Of a stretch of DNA of 64,000 nucleotides, positions 13,036 through 25,332 are shown piece after piece; the stretch's first letter is position 1; each line of letters opens with the position of its first letter. This stretch comes from Utricularia gibba (taxonomy: Eukaryota; Plantae; Magnoliophyta): the NCBI GenBank assembly GCA_002189035.1, contig NEEC01000002.1:2108001-2172000 (forward strand), in the 5' to 3' direction. Made by a program: the position numbers and the translations under genes. The notes under the pieces were generated by a model that was not told the DNA's origin, ran no database searches, and worked only from the letters and a program-made list of their open reading frames with translations.

Positions 13036-14760
13036 TTATTTCAAGGCGGGGATTTCCACCGCCGGCGTCGTTGTTTCGGAGTCATTCCTCTCCTTGAACT
13101 GCTTATAAATGTCTCCACTATAAAACTTCCTTGTTCTGGCTACCAAAACCAGCGAGCTCAGAGATCCCACCAACGTCGCCACCGTCAAAATGATAAACGG
13201 CAACCGGTAACATGTTTTTCCGAGGCAGGTGAGCTCCTTCACCGCCGATCTCGCTAGCCCCTTCGCGGCAAGCTGCTTCATTGCCTCCTGATCGTACAGG
13301 CGTCCCGCGATTCTGACATTGAAGACGTAGGATCCAAGCGGGCTCGCAATCTGGCCGCAGTTGAAAAGGGTGGCGTAGTATTTGAGCCCGAAGAGCTCCG
13401 AGATAATGGCGAAGAGTAAGGGGAGCTGGGCGCCGAAGGAGAAGCCGATTATCACGGAGGCGAAGTAGAGAGAACCCGGAAACGGGGTCGCCACGAGGAG
13501 GAGGCCGAGGCAGGAGATTCCGAGGACCACGGACAACATCAACGGCCGGGGGACTTGGTACTTCGCTAGGAGAGATTCCGATACGAATCCGGAGAAGATC
13601 CGGCCGAAAAAGTTCCAGATACTGAGAATCGAGAGAAACGTGCTGATGGTTTTCTTGGGATATCCGAGAGATTGCCCGATTTGGCCGAGGTTGTCGACGG
13701 CGGTGAGGCTGGAGCCGAGGCCGCAAAAAGAGGCGAAAAATAATATCAGCATATCGGCGCTGGTCAGAGCTTGAAGAATCGTGTAGTCTTCTCCTCTATT
13801 TGGCTTCTTAAATATATCGGCGTACCACGGCGTCCCACCGGATTTCTCCGATTTCTCCGCCGCTGGAGGAGTTTCGACGGCGATCTGGGGAGGGGTTGAG
13901 GATTCTTCCGATTTCTGATTCCAGATTTTGGATTCCTCCGTGATGGCGATGATCAGAGGATACAACAATAGCCCACAGACGACGGTGACGCTAATTGCAT
14001 ACCCAGCTTTGGAAAACTTCACAACCTTCTGAACGACGGTGATAACCAGTATAAACAGAGCCATCGCCACGGAGACATACAGGATCTGGAAAAAAAGCTT
14101 AAGTTCGGCCGCCGTCTGCCGACGAACCTCCATTTTCCGAATAGTGTACACAAAAATGAGTGACAACGAAGCCGGGAGCCAGGCGATTAGAAGAATCAAA
14201 GATTTCGAGTCGTTCCCATAGACGGCTAAGTAGATCTGAGTCAGAATGGCGCCGCTTAAACCCACGTACCCTTTCAGAAGCCCGAGCATTATCCCACGGC
14301 TCTCCGGGAAATTCATCACAGACGTGACCAACGCGCCGGTGTTGGCGAAATTCTGGGAATTCGCCCCGATGCAGATGTACAGACACATCTGCCACACTCT
14401 GGGCCTGGGAATCCGGCCGGTGACCGCCATCCAAATCATGAAGTAGCCAACAAAGTTCATGGCGGCCCCAATTAACAGCACAAACCAGGTGGGAGTCACT
14501 TCGGCGATGAGCCCAGACAAAACTCCGACGTTAGCCCCCAGGTCCTTGAAGAAACCCATGAGATTGAGCGTAGTCTGGTCATACCCCAGAGTGGCTTTTA
14601 TCTCCGGGGAGTAGGTGCCGAAGAGATACGTTGCTCCGGCGCCTGCCATGATGAGGAAGGAGGCAAAGAGGGAGAACCAACGACCCCTCACCACCTGAAT
14701 AGCGAATCCCAGATACCCATCCCGACGAACTCCGCCGGCGGACGGCGCCGACTCGGCCAT
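13036..14760 (-). CDS. Nodulin-like/MFS transporter (NUCLEAR FUSION DEFECTIVE 4-like), single exon
   Basis: 574-aa ORF with GATYLFGTYS, LGYDQTTLNLMGFFKDLGANVG, NSQNFANTGALVTSVMNFPESRG, AVDNLGQIG and LFGLKYYATLFN, and many transmembrane segments. Confidence 0.93.
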   Translation of the reverse strand: MAESAPSAGGVRRDGYLGFAIQVVRGRWFSLFASFLIMAGAGATYLFGTYSPEIKATLGYDQTTLNLMGFFKDLGANVGVLSGLIAEVTPTWFVLLIGAAMNFVGYFMIWMAVTGRIPRPRVWQMCLYICIGANSQNFANTGALVTSVMNFPESRGIMLGLLKGYVGLSGAILTQIYLAVYGNDSKSLILLIAWLPASLSLIFVYTIRKMEVRRQTAAELKLFFQILYVSVAMALFILVITVVQKVVKFSKAGYAISVTVVCGLLLYPLIIAITEESKIWNQKSEESSTPPQIAVETPPAAEKSEKSGGTPWYADIFKKPNRGEDYTILQALTSADMLILFFASFCGLGSSLTAVDNLGQIGQSLGYPKKTISTFLSILSIWNFFGRIFSGFVSESLLAKYQVPRPLMLSVVLGISCLGLLLVATPFPGSLYFASVIIGFSFGAQLPLLFAIISELFGLKYYATLFNCGQIASPLGSYVFNVRIAGRLYDQEAMKQLAAKGLARSAVKELTCLGKTCYRLPFIILTVATLVGSLSSLVLVARTRKFYSGDIYKQFKERNDSETTTPAVEIPALK

Positions 14761-14912
14761 TCTCAAAAAAGGAAGTTAAGATAGATAGAGATGCGTAACA
14801 GAGGGGAGAGCCCCCAAAATTTCATAACCCAGATTTCACTTCTGGACGCAACAAGTGGAAAATGATGGGATTCCTTTTCTTCCGGTTATCGGCCGGCCGG
14901 AAGGCGTGACCA

Positions 14913-15054
14913 AGTCAAAATAATTCAGTGTCTTGGCAAGTCAAAGTTGTTGCTTTTTTTTCGAACTTAAAAATCTGAACTTAAAACCTTGTGGGGCCAG
15001 CACCGGACTACCTTGTTTATATTTATTCATGTATTATTCGTGCTATAAAGTCAA
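14913..15054 (-). promoter_or_regulatory. Cluster of three W-boxes (TTGACT) upstream of the NFD4-like gene
   Basis: AGTCAA on the + strand at 14913-14918, 14939-14944 and 15049-15054, 150-300 bp upstream of the ATG. Confidence 0.45.
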
Positions 15055-16160
15055 AACACTCTAATATTTAATATTTTGAATAAATTTAATCTCTATTTTT
15101 TAATATAAATCGCATATTTCATCTTTAACAAAATCAACCTCCAAAATATTATGCATTAAATATAATTAGTCTTCAAAATTTGGTGCATAAGTAATTTTCA
15201 ATATTTAAATATAAGACATCATTATTTTTATTATTTAAAAAACTAATCACAATTAGTTGAAAATTAAATATGTGTAACTTTCTAAATTTACTATAAAGTC
15301 AATTATTTCAAATATTAGATATTAGTTATATCAAAATAGTGAATACTAAATTATTTCAAATACGTTTTGAAATCATTTTCTAAAAATTTGAGTAAATTTC
15401 CGCCTCGGGACGAGGGAAATCGGAGTTTGTGCCGTTGTGGAGATGTTGGACAAAGGGGTAGTAATGGTATTTCGCATTGTCCGTTCACCTGCATGGGCCT
15501 TGTGGGGAATGATGATTTGGGCTTCAATGGGTATGTCTCAGGCAAAGCATCTGCAGCCTAAAAGAATGCTTTTACATATCATACAATTTTTTTATATATT
15601 TAATTTATTTATTTTCAAATCCCAATGTAAGATTATTTATTCTAATAGTATTCTATCTCATTTGAAATCTAAAAAAAATAATAAAACCTTTCCATCAAAT
15701 CCGAAACTCATTGTAAAAAATACTAGAAAAAGTACCGTTTATAAACTAATAATGAATATAAATGTTATTAACCAAAATATTTAACAATTTTATAGCTAAA
15801 CGAGAGACATTTAAATATATTATCTTTTAAAAATATTTAATGATAAAGAAAAAAAAAGATATCATAAACAAACAATAACACAGCCAAACAAATCCTACCG
15901 AGTTGTTCCGATTACCCAGCTGCCGGCCTTCTTTCCCGTGGGCGCCCCTAACGGGCTGTCGGCTGCAACAGTCCCTGCTATTCACGGAACATATGAAAAC
16001 ACTGTGCGGTGCGTTCCCCCAGCCCCACCCCTTCAACCACCTTCATTCACACTCCCTCATAGGCTTGAAAATCCTACTCCTTGGACCACGACAACCACCT
16101 TGGATCAATTAAAAGCACAATAAACTCCATGGACAGTATAAATAATCCCAGCCATCAAGG

Positions 16161-16161
<1 letters not shown>

Positions 16162-16200
<39 letters not shown>
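16162..16200. repeat. (AC)15 microsatellite with imperfect tail
   Basis: Direct reading of the sequence. Confidence 0.95.
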
Positions 16201-16649
16201 TGTGGGTTTAGAGCCTATGTTATGTTCCTATAAGAAAATAATGAATACTTCACACCCAATGACATGTTTCCTTCTCCGCCCCCTGACTTTCCATGTCTTC
16301 TTCACATGGGAAGAGGAGAATGTCCACAGAGGAATTTATTACCGTAATATGAATACCAGATGATGCTCTCTAGATTTCCATCCTCGATGGGGTGGAACAG
16401 TCAATGCCATTGAATTGTGTGTGTATATTTGTGTATTTTTTTCCAGTACCGTACCAGAGGATGGAACGAAGAAGGCTGGACCCACCATGCTACAAATATG
16501 TCTCATGACAACTCATCATGCGCCCACCGCGCACTGAGTTCACGTACACCCGGCCCCGGCCGTGGCTCTGCACCTCGCAGGCTCCCTGTTTATAAATGCA
16601 GCTCGGAGCCCATGGAGAACATCTAGTTCATTTACCTTGGGCGGGCGGG

Positions 16650-18179
16650 ATGGGTGAGGTATAGAAGTTTCAATGGGTTTTTATGTTTTTAGTGTCTGGC
16701 GTTTTGATGGCTTCTTTGTTGCAGAAGGACAAGGAGAGGAAGGATGGGGGAGAGGAGAAGGAGAATGGGGGAGCAAGAAGAAGGAAGGGAATGTCACTGT
16801 GGTTTTGAGGACGGATTTGCACTGCCAAGGATGTGCGTTTAAAGTGATGAAGTGCATCAGAGCTTTTGATGGTGAGATGGGTGAAGAGTTTGGGATTCCT
16901 CTGTTTCGTATTTGAAATCGGTGGAGTCTTTTGTGACAGGGGTGGATGCGGTGGAGATCGGAGAAGGGCAGAAGATTACGGTGGTGGGACAAGTGGATCC
17001 AGCGAAGCTCCGGGAGAAGGTGGAGAGGAAGACTCACAAAAAGGTGGAGCTCGTTTCGCCGCAACCTAAGAAAGATAAGGAGAACAATGGCACCCCCGGC
17101 GGAGGCAGCGGCGGTAAAGAGACGAATCAGAAGAATGCTGAAAATGCCAAGCCGGAGAAGAATAAACCCAAGGAAGCGGCCAGCAAGAACAACCAAGAAG
17201 ATAAGAAGAAAAGCAAGGAAAAGAAGGAGAAAGAGAAAGAGGTACGTACCCCTGTCATCTTCATCTTCAGAGTATCGTTTGCTATCATGCGCCACTTCTG
17301 CGTCCAATGGTTGCTGACTGTGTAAAGAATTCTGATGGCGCCGTGGTTTCTTTCCGGCCGCGCATCAGTAAGAGCTCTGACTCCAGTGGGCTCACTCTGC
17401 ATTTTCCTCGCCCTGCTACTTCCTCTGAACTGATTGCTCCGTTGAAAGCGGACATTCATGTGGACGCCAGCGCATTTTAGCATTGTGCGCAGCATCTGAT
17501 CTCACATCTAAACTCCATGAAAATCTCACTTCTTCTCTTCATCGTTTCCACTTGATTCCTTTTGGGTGATTCCCCACAGTTTCATCTCTCTACTGTCAAA
17601 TAATCTGCTTCAATGGCGCATTTTAGCACCTCCCTTGGCGACACTTGTTTATTGACACGTTGTTTTCATTAATCTGGCAGCCACCCCTTACTACGGCGGT
17701 GCTGAAGGTGAGCTTGCACTGCGACGGCTGCATACAGAAGATATACAAAACCGTGACCAAAACCAAAGGTTAGCATTCCCTCGAACACATGGTGTGCCCT
17801 ATCAGCATTCTGAACCCCTCGCTTTTCAGGTTTCCAGGACATGAAGATCGACAAGCTTAAGGATCTCGTCACCGTCACCGGCGCCATTGACATAAAATCG
17901 CTGGCCGATTTGATCCAGAAGCAGCTGAAAAAAGACGTCCAGATCGTGCCTCCCAAAAAGGAACAACAAGAGAAAAAAGATGACGGCGGCGGCCGCGAGG
18001 AGAGCGGCGGAGAAGAGAAACCGGCGGCGAACAAGACACAGATTCCGACGGGGAACCCGTACCCGCTCGGCTGGATGATCGCCGATCAATTCAATTACAA
18101 CCCGAATCCGTACGCCGTTCAGTTCCACGCACCGCAGATGTTCAGCGATGAAAATCCAAACGCGTGCTCTGTCATGTGA
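16650..18179 (+). CDS. HIPP: Heavy-metal-associated isoprenylated plant protein (two HMA domains), 5 exons; probable 1-bp frameshift at 16746-16771
   Basis: HMA motifs DLHCQGC and SLHCDGC, a Lys/Glu-rich linker, and C-terminal PQMFSDENPNACSVM (CaaX). Micro-exon ATGGGTGAG|gt at 16650-16658. Confidence 0.88.
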
Positions 18180-19192
18180 GAGTGTGTGAGTACAGTGGCA
18201 AGATCGTGAATGAGGCCAATGCCGAGGGGCATATAAGAGATTTCCTTTTCTGGCACGAGGAAGCACAGTTACTACCGCCACTCATTTACTTCCCATTTTT
18301 GGCGATTCCTCAACTCTCCATCTTTATTTTTTAAATTTCGCATTAAAAACTTTATTCTATTATTGCCGGTTGCGGGTGCGAGAAATATAATTTTAATATT
18401 CATTTAAAAAAATATTAAACAAATAATACTGAATATATTTGTAAAATCACATTCAATGTGACGGGCGAAATAAAATGCTGTATTTATTTCGTATTATAAA
18501 ATTAGCATAAATTTTATAAGATAATTTTATTGAAATTATATTTGATAAATATATATGTGTTTAATAGACATATCTAATGAAAACATTACGGTCTGACTAA
18601 GAAATCTTACATTGATTACAGATGGGATTAAGTGGATGTAATTAAATAGACATATATTCTAAATCTTATATAAAGTATTTTTTTTTAATAGAAGAATTTA
18701 AAATCTTGAAAATTGAGTGTACTAAACAAATAATATCGTATAAGAAAATAATAACTCATTACATCTAAAATAAATGGAAAAAAAGAATTAAAATTCATTT
18801 AATTAATAAAAATTACATGAGATAATGATGTTTTAAAATATTGTTGTAACAATTATATAAATATTTTACAAATAGCATCCATGTTTGTTGGTACATGCAA
18901 ACAAGGTGATGAAGCATTCACTTGTAAGTTTAAGGGATGGCGTTCTATTGTTCTAAAAAGGTGTAGCCTCCCTTTTCCAAATGATGGAACCCCTTTTGTG
19001 GGACAACTAAAAGCATATACTTTAGTATAGTGTTCACATAATATCTTCATGGGATTCCATGTCTTTTATATGGTCCATGATTTCATAGCTCCACACGATT
19101 GAGTTGTGGTCGTTTGTTTACCTTCTTTTTTCTTTAGTCACTTGTTATAACAAAACACAATAGAGAGTCCATGGGAAGGCATAATTCTATTA

Positions 19193-19407
19193 GGCTGTGT
19201 TTGGTAATTATACCGATATAGATTATCTCGATATAAGTTTTTCTTGGTTGAAAATATAAAAATAATGAGAGATGTTGATGGGGACAGTTTTATGCTTTGT
19301 AGAGAGTAAAAAAATATCCCACGAAAATTTACTCATGATTATCAAACATATTATTATTATCTAGAATGTTAGAATATCCCATGTTATACTTATTACCAAA
19401 TACGGAC
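19193..19407. mobile_element. Tourist-like (PIF/Harbinger) MITE, 215 bp
   Basis: Left TIR GGCTGTGTTTGGTAAT; right TIR reverse complement GTCCGTATTTGGTAAT. TTA on both flanks (19190-19192 and 19408-19410). AT-rich non-coding interior. Confidence 0.75.
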
Positions 19408-19559
19408 TTACCGAACAAGACCTTAACTTCCTAATTAGCTATGCACATAACTCCCTTCGTGATCATACTTAAAACGACCGCTAATAGGAGTCTTAGAGTC
19501 ACCATTTATTAATGAAATGATAAAGAAAAGAAGATTTTATTACTTATGTGAAGAACCTT

Positions 19560-19830
19560 GTTGGGGTATAGTTAGTGTTATGTCTGATAATTTCCTTTGA
19601 TCTCATTCTCAACATTCTTATTTCTTGCTACACTAATCTTTGACCTAAGCCTCATTTTCCTATCCCTTCAATGACATACATTATGGTCAATAATCTCGTA
19701 TACTATCTTCTATCATGCCTAATAGCGATATAATCGAGTGACTATTTCCAAGTTTCTAACCTTCTTAAAAACTTGAATCTGATACAAAATTATATTGATC
19801 TGTGATTTGTATCATAGGAATTAGATTATA
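19560..19830 (-). mobile_element. Highly degenerate RTE-clade LINE reverse-transcriptase fragment
   Basis: The minus strand reads AAAGATTAGTGTAGCAAGAAATAAGAATGTTGAGA, resembling the RTE motif KMSVAEMRMLRW. Flanks have stops and frameshifts; recognised by eye only. Confidence 0.35.
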
Positions 19831-21378
19831 CCAATATTTTCCTAGTGTCCAATCGACTAGAAGTTCGCCCATGCTAACAAACAATGGAGTTGAGTTGAAT
19901 CGGAGTACACGATAGTGTTAGTATTATATGACTAAATTACCAAGATGAAAATCATGTGTCTATCCCTTGTTTTTTTCTTTTGGGTATGCGTTTGCATTGT
20001 TGCGTCAATGCATGTGGAGTGGATTTAGATTGGATGGATGGCTTTGTAGCCCACCATCAAAAGTCTTGGTGAGGGGGACCACGCTATCAACCATGCATCC
20101 CACTCACACAGATGGTCATGCCCCTCTCTCTGCTAACTCCTCGCTTTCTCCTAAGTCATGACCGTTCGTATCCGCAGATGCGAAAAAAGGGCCCCTAAAG
20201 CGTAAGAAATCGCCAAAAGGAAACACGCATTGCCATCGGTAGCATGCATGTGCGAGGAATTTGCCGTATCTTGAGAAGGATATGGTTTTTATGGTGATGG
20301 GAAAACACTGTGATTGTTTAGTATTTCGATGTGGGATAATAAATTATACGTGAAATAATAATCATTTTGTGTTCCACATCAGAGTCTGACCCACGTGATG
20401 ACTGATATTCTTTTTTCTGCTTTAAAATTGAAGATTAATGCAAAAAGAAAAAAAAACAAACAAAAACGGTTCGTTTCCGTGACCATAGCCCGTGCCTCGG
20501 AGAATATTCGATTTGCAATTCCGCATCAAAACGCGACTTTTATTTATGGGACGGCGCTCCTTGTCGCGACTTCGTTGCAACCGCTAAAAAGCGAGTTTAG
20601 GCCATTAAAGGGCACGTGCTCTTGGGAAGGGGTTTCTTTAGCCCATTCTACTTCGTAGGGGGGATTGGGTTCTTTAGCAAATTTCAAAACTTCAGGGACC
20701 TTTTAATATTTTACACTTTTATTATTGGCATTTTTTCCCAATTTTATTACGTACCCCTAAAAAAACCCGACCTGTTAATTTCTTTTTTATTATAATCAGT
20801 ATTTTAAAATCAAATTCAACTTAGTCACGATTTTAAATTAAATTTAACATTACGAAAAATAAAAATAATTAGTTAAATTTAATACGTCTAAATAATTACA
20901 TTGAATCAAAAAAATCATGAATTAGAGTTTAATCAGATTTGATTCTGAACTTTCAAAACATTAATTATAATAATACAAACACAAGAACACAGAAATCCAA
21001 CATCAAAGAATCTAATCTACAACAATGGCTCTTATGTACAGTTTCGTTTCTAAATTCACAATTTAGCGTTGCTAGGGTTCATTAAGACAAACAAGCAGAA
21101 TCATTTGGCTCCCGGGGAAAACCCAAAAAACGCACCTAGAACTCAGTGAGTACCAGCTCGGTTAATGAGAGCATTCTCCCTTGCCTTCATTTTGAACCTG
21201 CTATGGCTTCTTTCTGAAACTTCCCTGGTGAATCCAAATCGCCAAAAGCAGTAATTTACAGATACAAACATTGGGAAGTACAGCAAAGTCTAGTATTTGG
21301 TACAGGGATTGAAGCAATGGTTGATAGCTTAGGTAACTCACGTTGTTAGGAAAAGCAGAGATGTCTGGCCGAGGGGCT

Positions 21379-24300
21379 TCATAAGCAAAGCAGGCTGTAG
21401 AATATAAGAGGTATGAAGGCATTGTCAAGCTGCGCTGTGTAGGCCTCCAGCAGGCCGCTGATGGTCACTGCCACAATTAGTGACATCCAGTGCTGCAAAA
21501 CACATGATATGAGTAACCGTTGAACAAAGTTTTCCCACCACTTGAGACGGGGTTGCTAATGCAAAAGATAAAAGAAAAATATTTCAGATCACTAACTGCA
21601 GAGCTGAAGCCTGAGGAAGGATTCATAGTGTGTGTGAAAAAGGCCAAATACAGTTTACAGAGGAGGTTAACCACTGCTTCTCAGAGCAATCTTTTGGCCA
21701 TGTGCAGTGTGCATGAAATATCAGGTCTGAGAGCCAGTGACCAAATAGTGATGAAACACCCCTCAAATTTCTTTTTTAGCAATTCTCTCCACATCCTATT
21801 TCTAAATCCATGTCTTTCTACTTCCCTGTAAAGCATCTAGGGACACATAATCCTGATGTACCTAGATTATATGAAATGGGGGGAGAGAGAAAGAGACCAT
21901 GGTGAAAATGTATCCTGTGGTCGCTAAAAGGGGAAGTAGCATCAAACATGCAGCAAGAACAGCAGTGATCCCAGCAGCAGTCCCTTCAACTGTTTTCTCT
22001 GGAAAATACGTCGTGTTCATGTACTCAGAAAAATGTGGAAGGCTAGATGAGGAAATCAAGAAAGTAGAACATGCACGTACTGCCAGTTTTGCTCCAACGG
22101 AGAACTCCATACTTGTGCCCTACCATTGATGCCTGAAAATGAATAAAGCTAATCAATGGTAAGTAGAACCAGACTGTACGGATTAAAGTGATAACCATAT
22201 ACAGTCTAGGGTACAAGCATCACAAGAAAAGGCAACAATGTGAATGGTTTTGTCTTAATATCCAATAATACTACAAATATTTCTGCCACTTTCCATTTTA
22301 GATTTTTAGAGTCATTTTCAAACTACACGAAGTCAAAGTACATTAGTACAATAATACCGAACAAAATGGCAGCCACCGAGAAAGGGCTGCACTTCTAAAA
22401 ATTACAGGATATATGGTGGAACAGGCAGAAAAACAAAAACTCTATCACTGATGCTGCTATGAAAGTCTCGAGGAAGACCAATTAAAGTAAAAGAAAGACA
22501 AATTATCATCAAATTACCATTGTATCTCCAATGCCTAGACTCAAAATTCCAGCAAATGGCGCAAGTGGACGATCATTGAAGCCAGAAGACAACCAAATTG
22601 GTATTGCACATCCCAATAACAGTGAAAAGTGACTGTTGCCACACAGAAACTAGGGAACGATTAATAAATGCTGTATCATGCAAAGACGTGCAAATTAACA
22701 GAAAAAAAGTCACACCTCACAATAAGTAGATCAGAATCACGATGGTCCGTAAAAGCGGTCATGAATCGCTGGATTGAATGGCCTAGTGGCCATACGCACC
22801 ATATCTGTGAACTTAAAATATGACTATTTAAGCGTGTTTTGGACATGCAATTAGAAGAATGATGCAGTCTATGTTTCAGAAAAAGAGGTAGGGGATTAGG
22901 GAAAAAATATCTCTATTGAGATGAAATCTGAGGAGAATTTGGATTTGTTTTTAGTTTAGACTAGTACTTACCCGTATAATTTCCAGCAAAAGGAAAACTG
23001 CCAAAGCTGCACCGAAAGCAAGATCAAGAAACCTTGGCTGAAAACCCACATAATACATCATAAGAAATTAAGCAAAAGCTAATACAATAAAAGCATTTTG
23101 AACAAAAAATCACCTGAAAGACGAGTGCAGGAACAAATATACAGACAGCCATTAGATGATAGTATTTACGAAGAAGTATCCTTTCAGTTGTACCATTCTT
23201 TGATATGCTGTAAAATTTCCGAACGGAAGCACATATGACAACCAGCCAATATATGCATAGAGGAACTGTTTTAGATGGCTCTGATAACACAAAATTCAGA
23301 ACCCTGATGACAAATTAAGAAAAAAGACTATTAAACACTAGATTGATGAAGCAAAATTACAATATAAAACCAATGACCAGATCATACCATTGCAATGGGT
23401 GAACCTGGAACGCATGCACGAATTGCATCCATGACGGAGCAATCACAATCAATACCACAACAAGTGATGCTAGGAAAACAATGGTTTTCCTTATTTCATG
23501 GTTTCTAATATCTTCATTAATTCTCTGGTTGACATAGAATCCCAAGATTTTGAGAGAGCTTTTATGTACCACTGGGAAAAGGAGGAGGAAGAAAAGGATT
23601 CCCTGCAATAAAATGGCGAAAGAGTTTTAAAGCATACAAATATTGGCTGCCAGTGTTTCAGCTTAAAACAGAACGGAATCAGCAATGACCTTAAGAAGAA
23701 CTAATAGAGCCAAACCTGAATAATGGTGGCTATCTCACTTCTCTTGAAACCAGCTTTTATAAAGAGCAATGTGGATGATTCCAGATATGAAATCTTGTTT
23801 CAAAGAAGATTGTGATCAGCAAAAGTGAATTAAAATTGATTACATATGCAACTATTAGAAAATATTGAATAGAATGACACCAACTTTTGTAGCTGTATAT
23901 GCCAACATGTCCCCAAAATAGACTATGAGACCAGTAGTAACGAGAAGTGACTCTCCTGCTCAAGAGAAAATAATGGAATTAGAGGAGCTCTAACAGAGCC
24001 ATTTTTCAATTATAAAACTATGGTGGATGGCAAATAGCTAACATTTCATATGCAGTAGATGTACAGCACATTTTACCCGTGGAAGCACATGCAGGGAAGG
24101 TGAGAAGAATTCTCTTCATTAATAAGATTGCCCCCAGTCCATGAAAGAGCAACCACAATGACATTAACATCGGAAGCCAGGCTATCAAGTTCAAAGTCAA
24201 AGAAAGACAAATTAAATAAAAAAAATTAAAACTTATAGCAACAAAAAGTAAATAAATTCTTCAACAGCCCGTGCTCTAAAATAATTAGTCTACTACTAAC

Positions 24301-25332
24301 CAATACTCACCAGATGATCCTCTGTTTAATGCTAACAGGAATGCTCCTCCCAAAAACGTTGTGCAAACAATAAAATAAAAAGGGCTCCGATTTAAGCAGC
24401 TATGTGTACGATTACTGGTCTCCACATGATGATGTGAGATCCGAAAAAGATATATCAGCAAGCCAAGGCAACTTGCTACTGCGGACCAATACTGCAACCT
24501 GAGATACTGAAGCCCTGCTAAAGGCAAATACAAGGGCTACCTTTGGTCAGTATGACATCAAAACTTTCAACAAAAATTGGGTAAATTGAACTTATAAGCC
24601 AAAATTATGTAAACGCAAGTCCTATGAAACATAAGTTTCAACTCTATTGGCAGGTGTTCCGTTCATCTGCATTTTATCCTGTCACTAAAGCAATCGTCTT
24701 GGAAAAAAAAAACAAGGCTTTGGTATCATACCATTATATCCAATTTCGTGGGCAGGTGCTCTCTGATTCTGTATCAGCCTTGAGAGAAGAAGACCTGGCA
24801 GGGTAACTGCGCTGAGAAAAATCCCCGAGGAAGCACCAGGCCTAGCAAGTCAAAAAAAAAAAAAAAAATTCACATACAAAAAAAAAAAACACGCACACAC
24901 ACAATTTCAAGTGCTGTCTTTAGTTTCAAATGTAATATTACTATATACATAATCGTGATGGCAAGGCAAAACACTTTTGAAGTGCAGAGAAAAAATAAAA
25001 ATAAATTATACGAGCATGAAGGCGCTTCATGCAAAGATAAATTTTCATTAACACCCCAAAAAAATAAGAACTTTCAAGGAAGAAATTAAATTATCGCCAT
25101 AAACTGCGAAAGAACATCAAATTAATGTCACACACCTTGTCTTAAAGGATTTGGCGAGGGGATTGGCGGCATCATCGGCCACGATCTCGACGGACAGAGA
25201 GAAGAGTGACAGGAGCGAGAGAATAGATGCTTCCGGTGAAAGGGAAAGAGGCGTGGAGCAGAGAACCTTGACAATGTAGAGCAAAACCACAGCCCTTTCG
25301 CCGCTGAGCGGCAGCCACAGCGACCACATCAT
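21379..25332 (-). CDS. EVN: Dolichol kinase (EVAN/DOK1), ~13 exons, intact
   Basis: LSGERAVVLL, ERILLRKYYHLMAV, DHRDSDLLIVSHFSLLLGCAIPIWLS, PFAGILSLGIGDTMASMVGHKYGVLRWSKTGKKTVEGTAAGI and EAYTAQLDNAFIPL. Exons traced with GT-AG junctions. Confidence 0.93.

Noticed and set aside
13118-18281. Long antisense or alternative-frame ORFs (e.g. 13118-13726, 16681-17307, 17826-18281)
   Set aside because: These are shadow ORFs produced by GC-rich or low-complexity codon usage of the NFD4-like and HIPP genes; no recognisable protein.
20180-20715. Possible MULE remnant (GGTCCCTGAAGTTT-like TIR core at ~20690-20705 and a weak partner near 20185)
   Set aside because: The partner arm is too degenerate, and no 9-bp target-site duplication or transposase trace was found.
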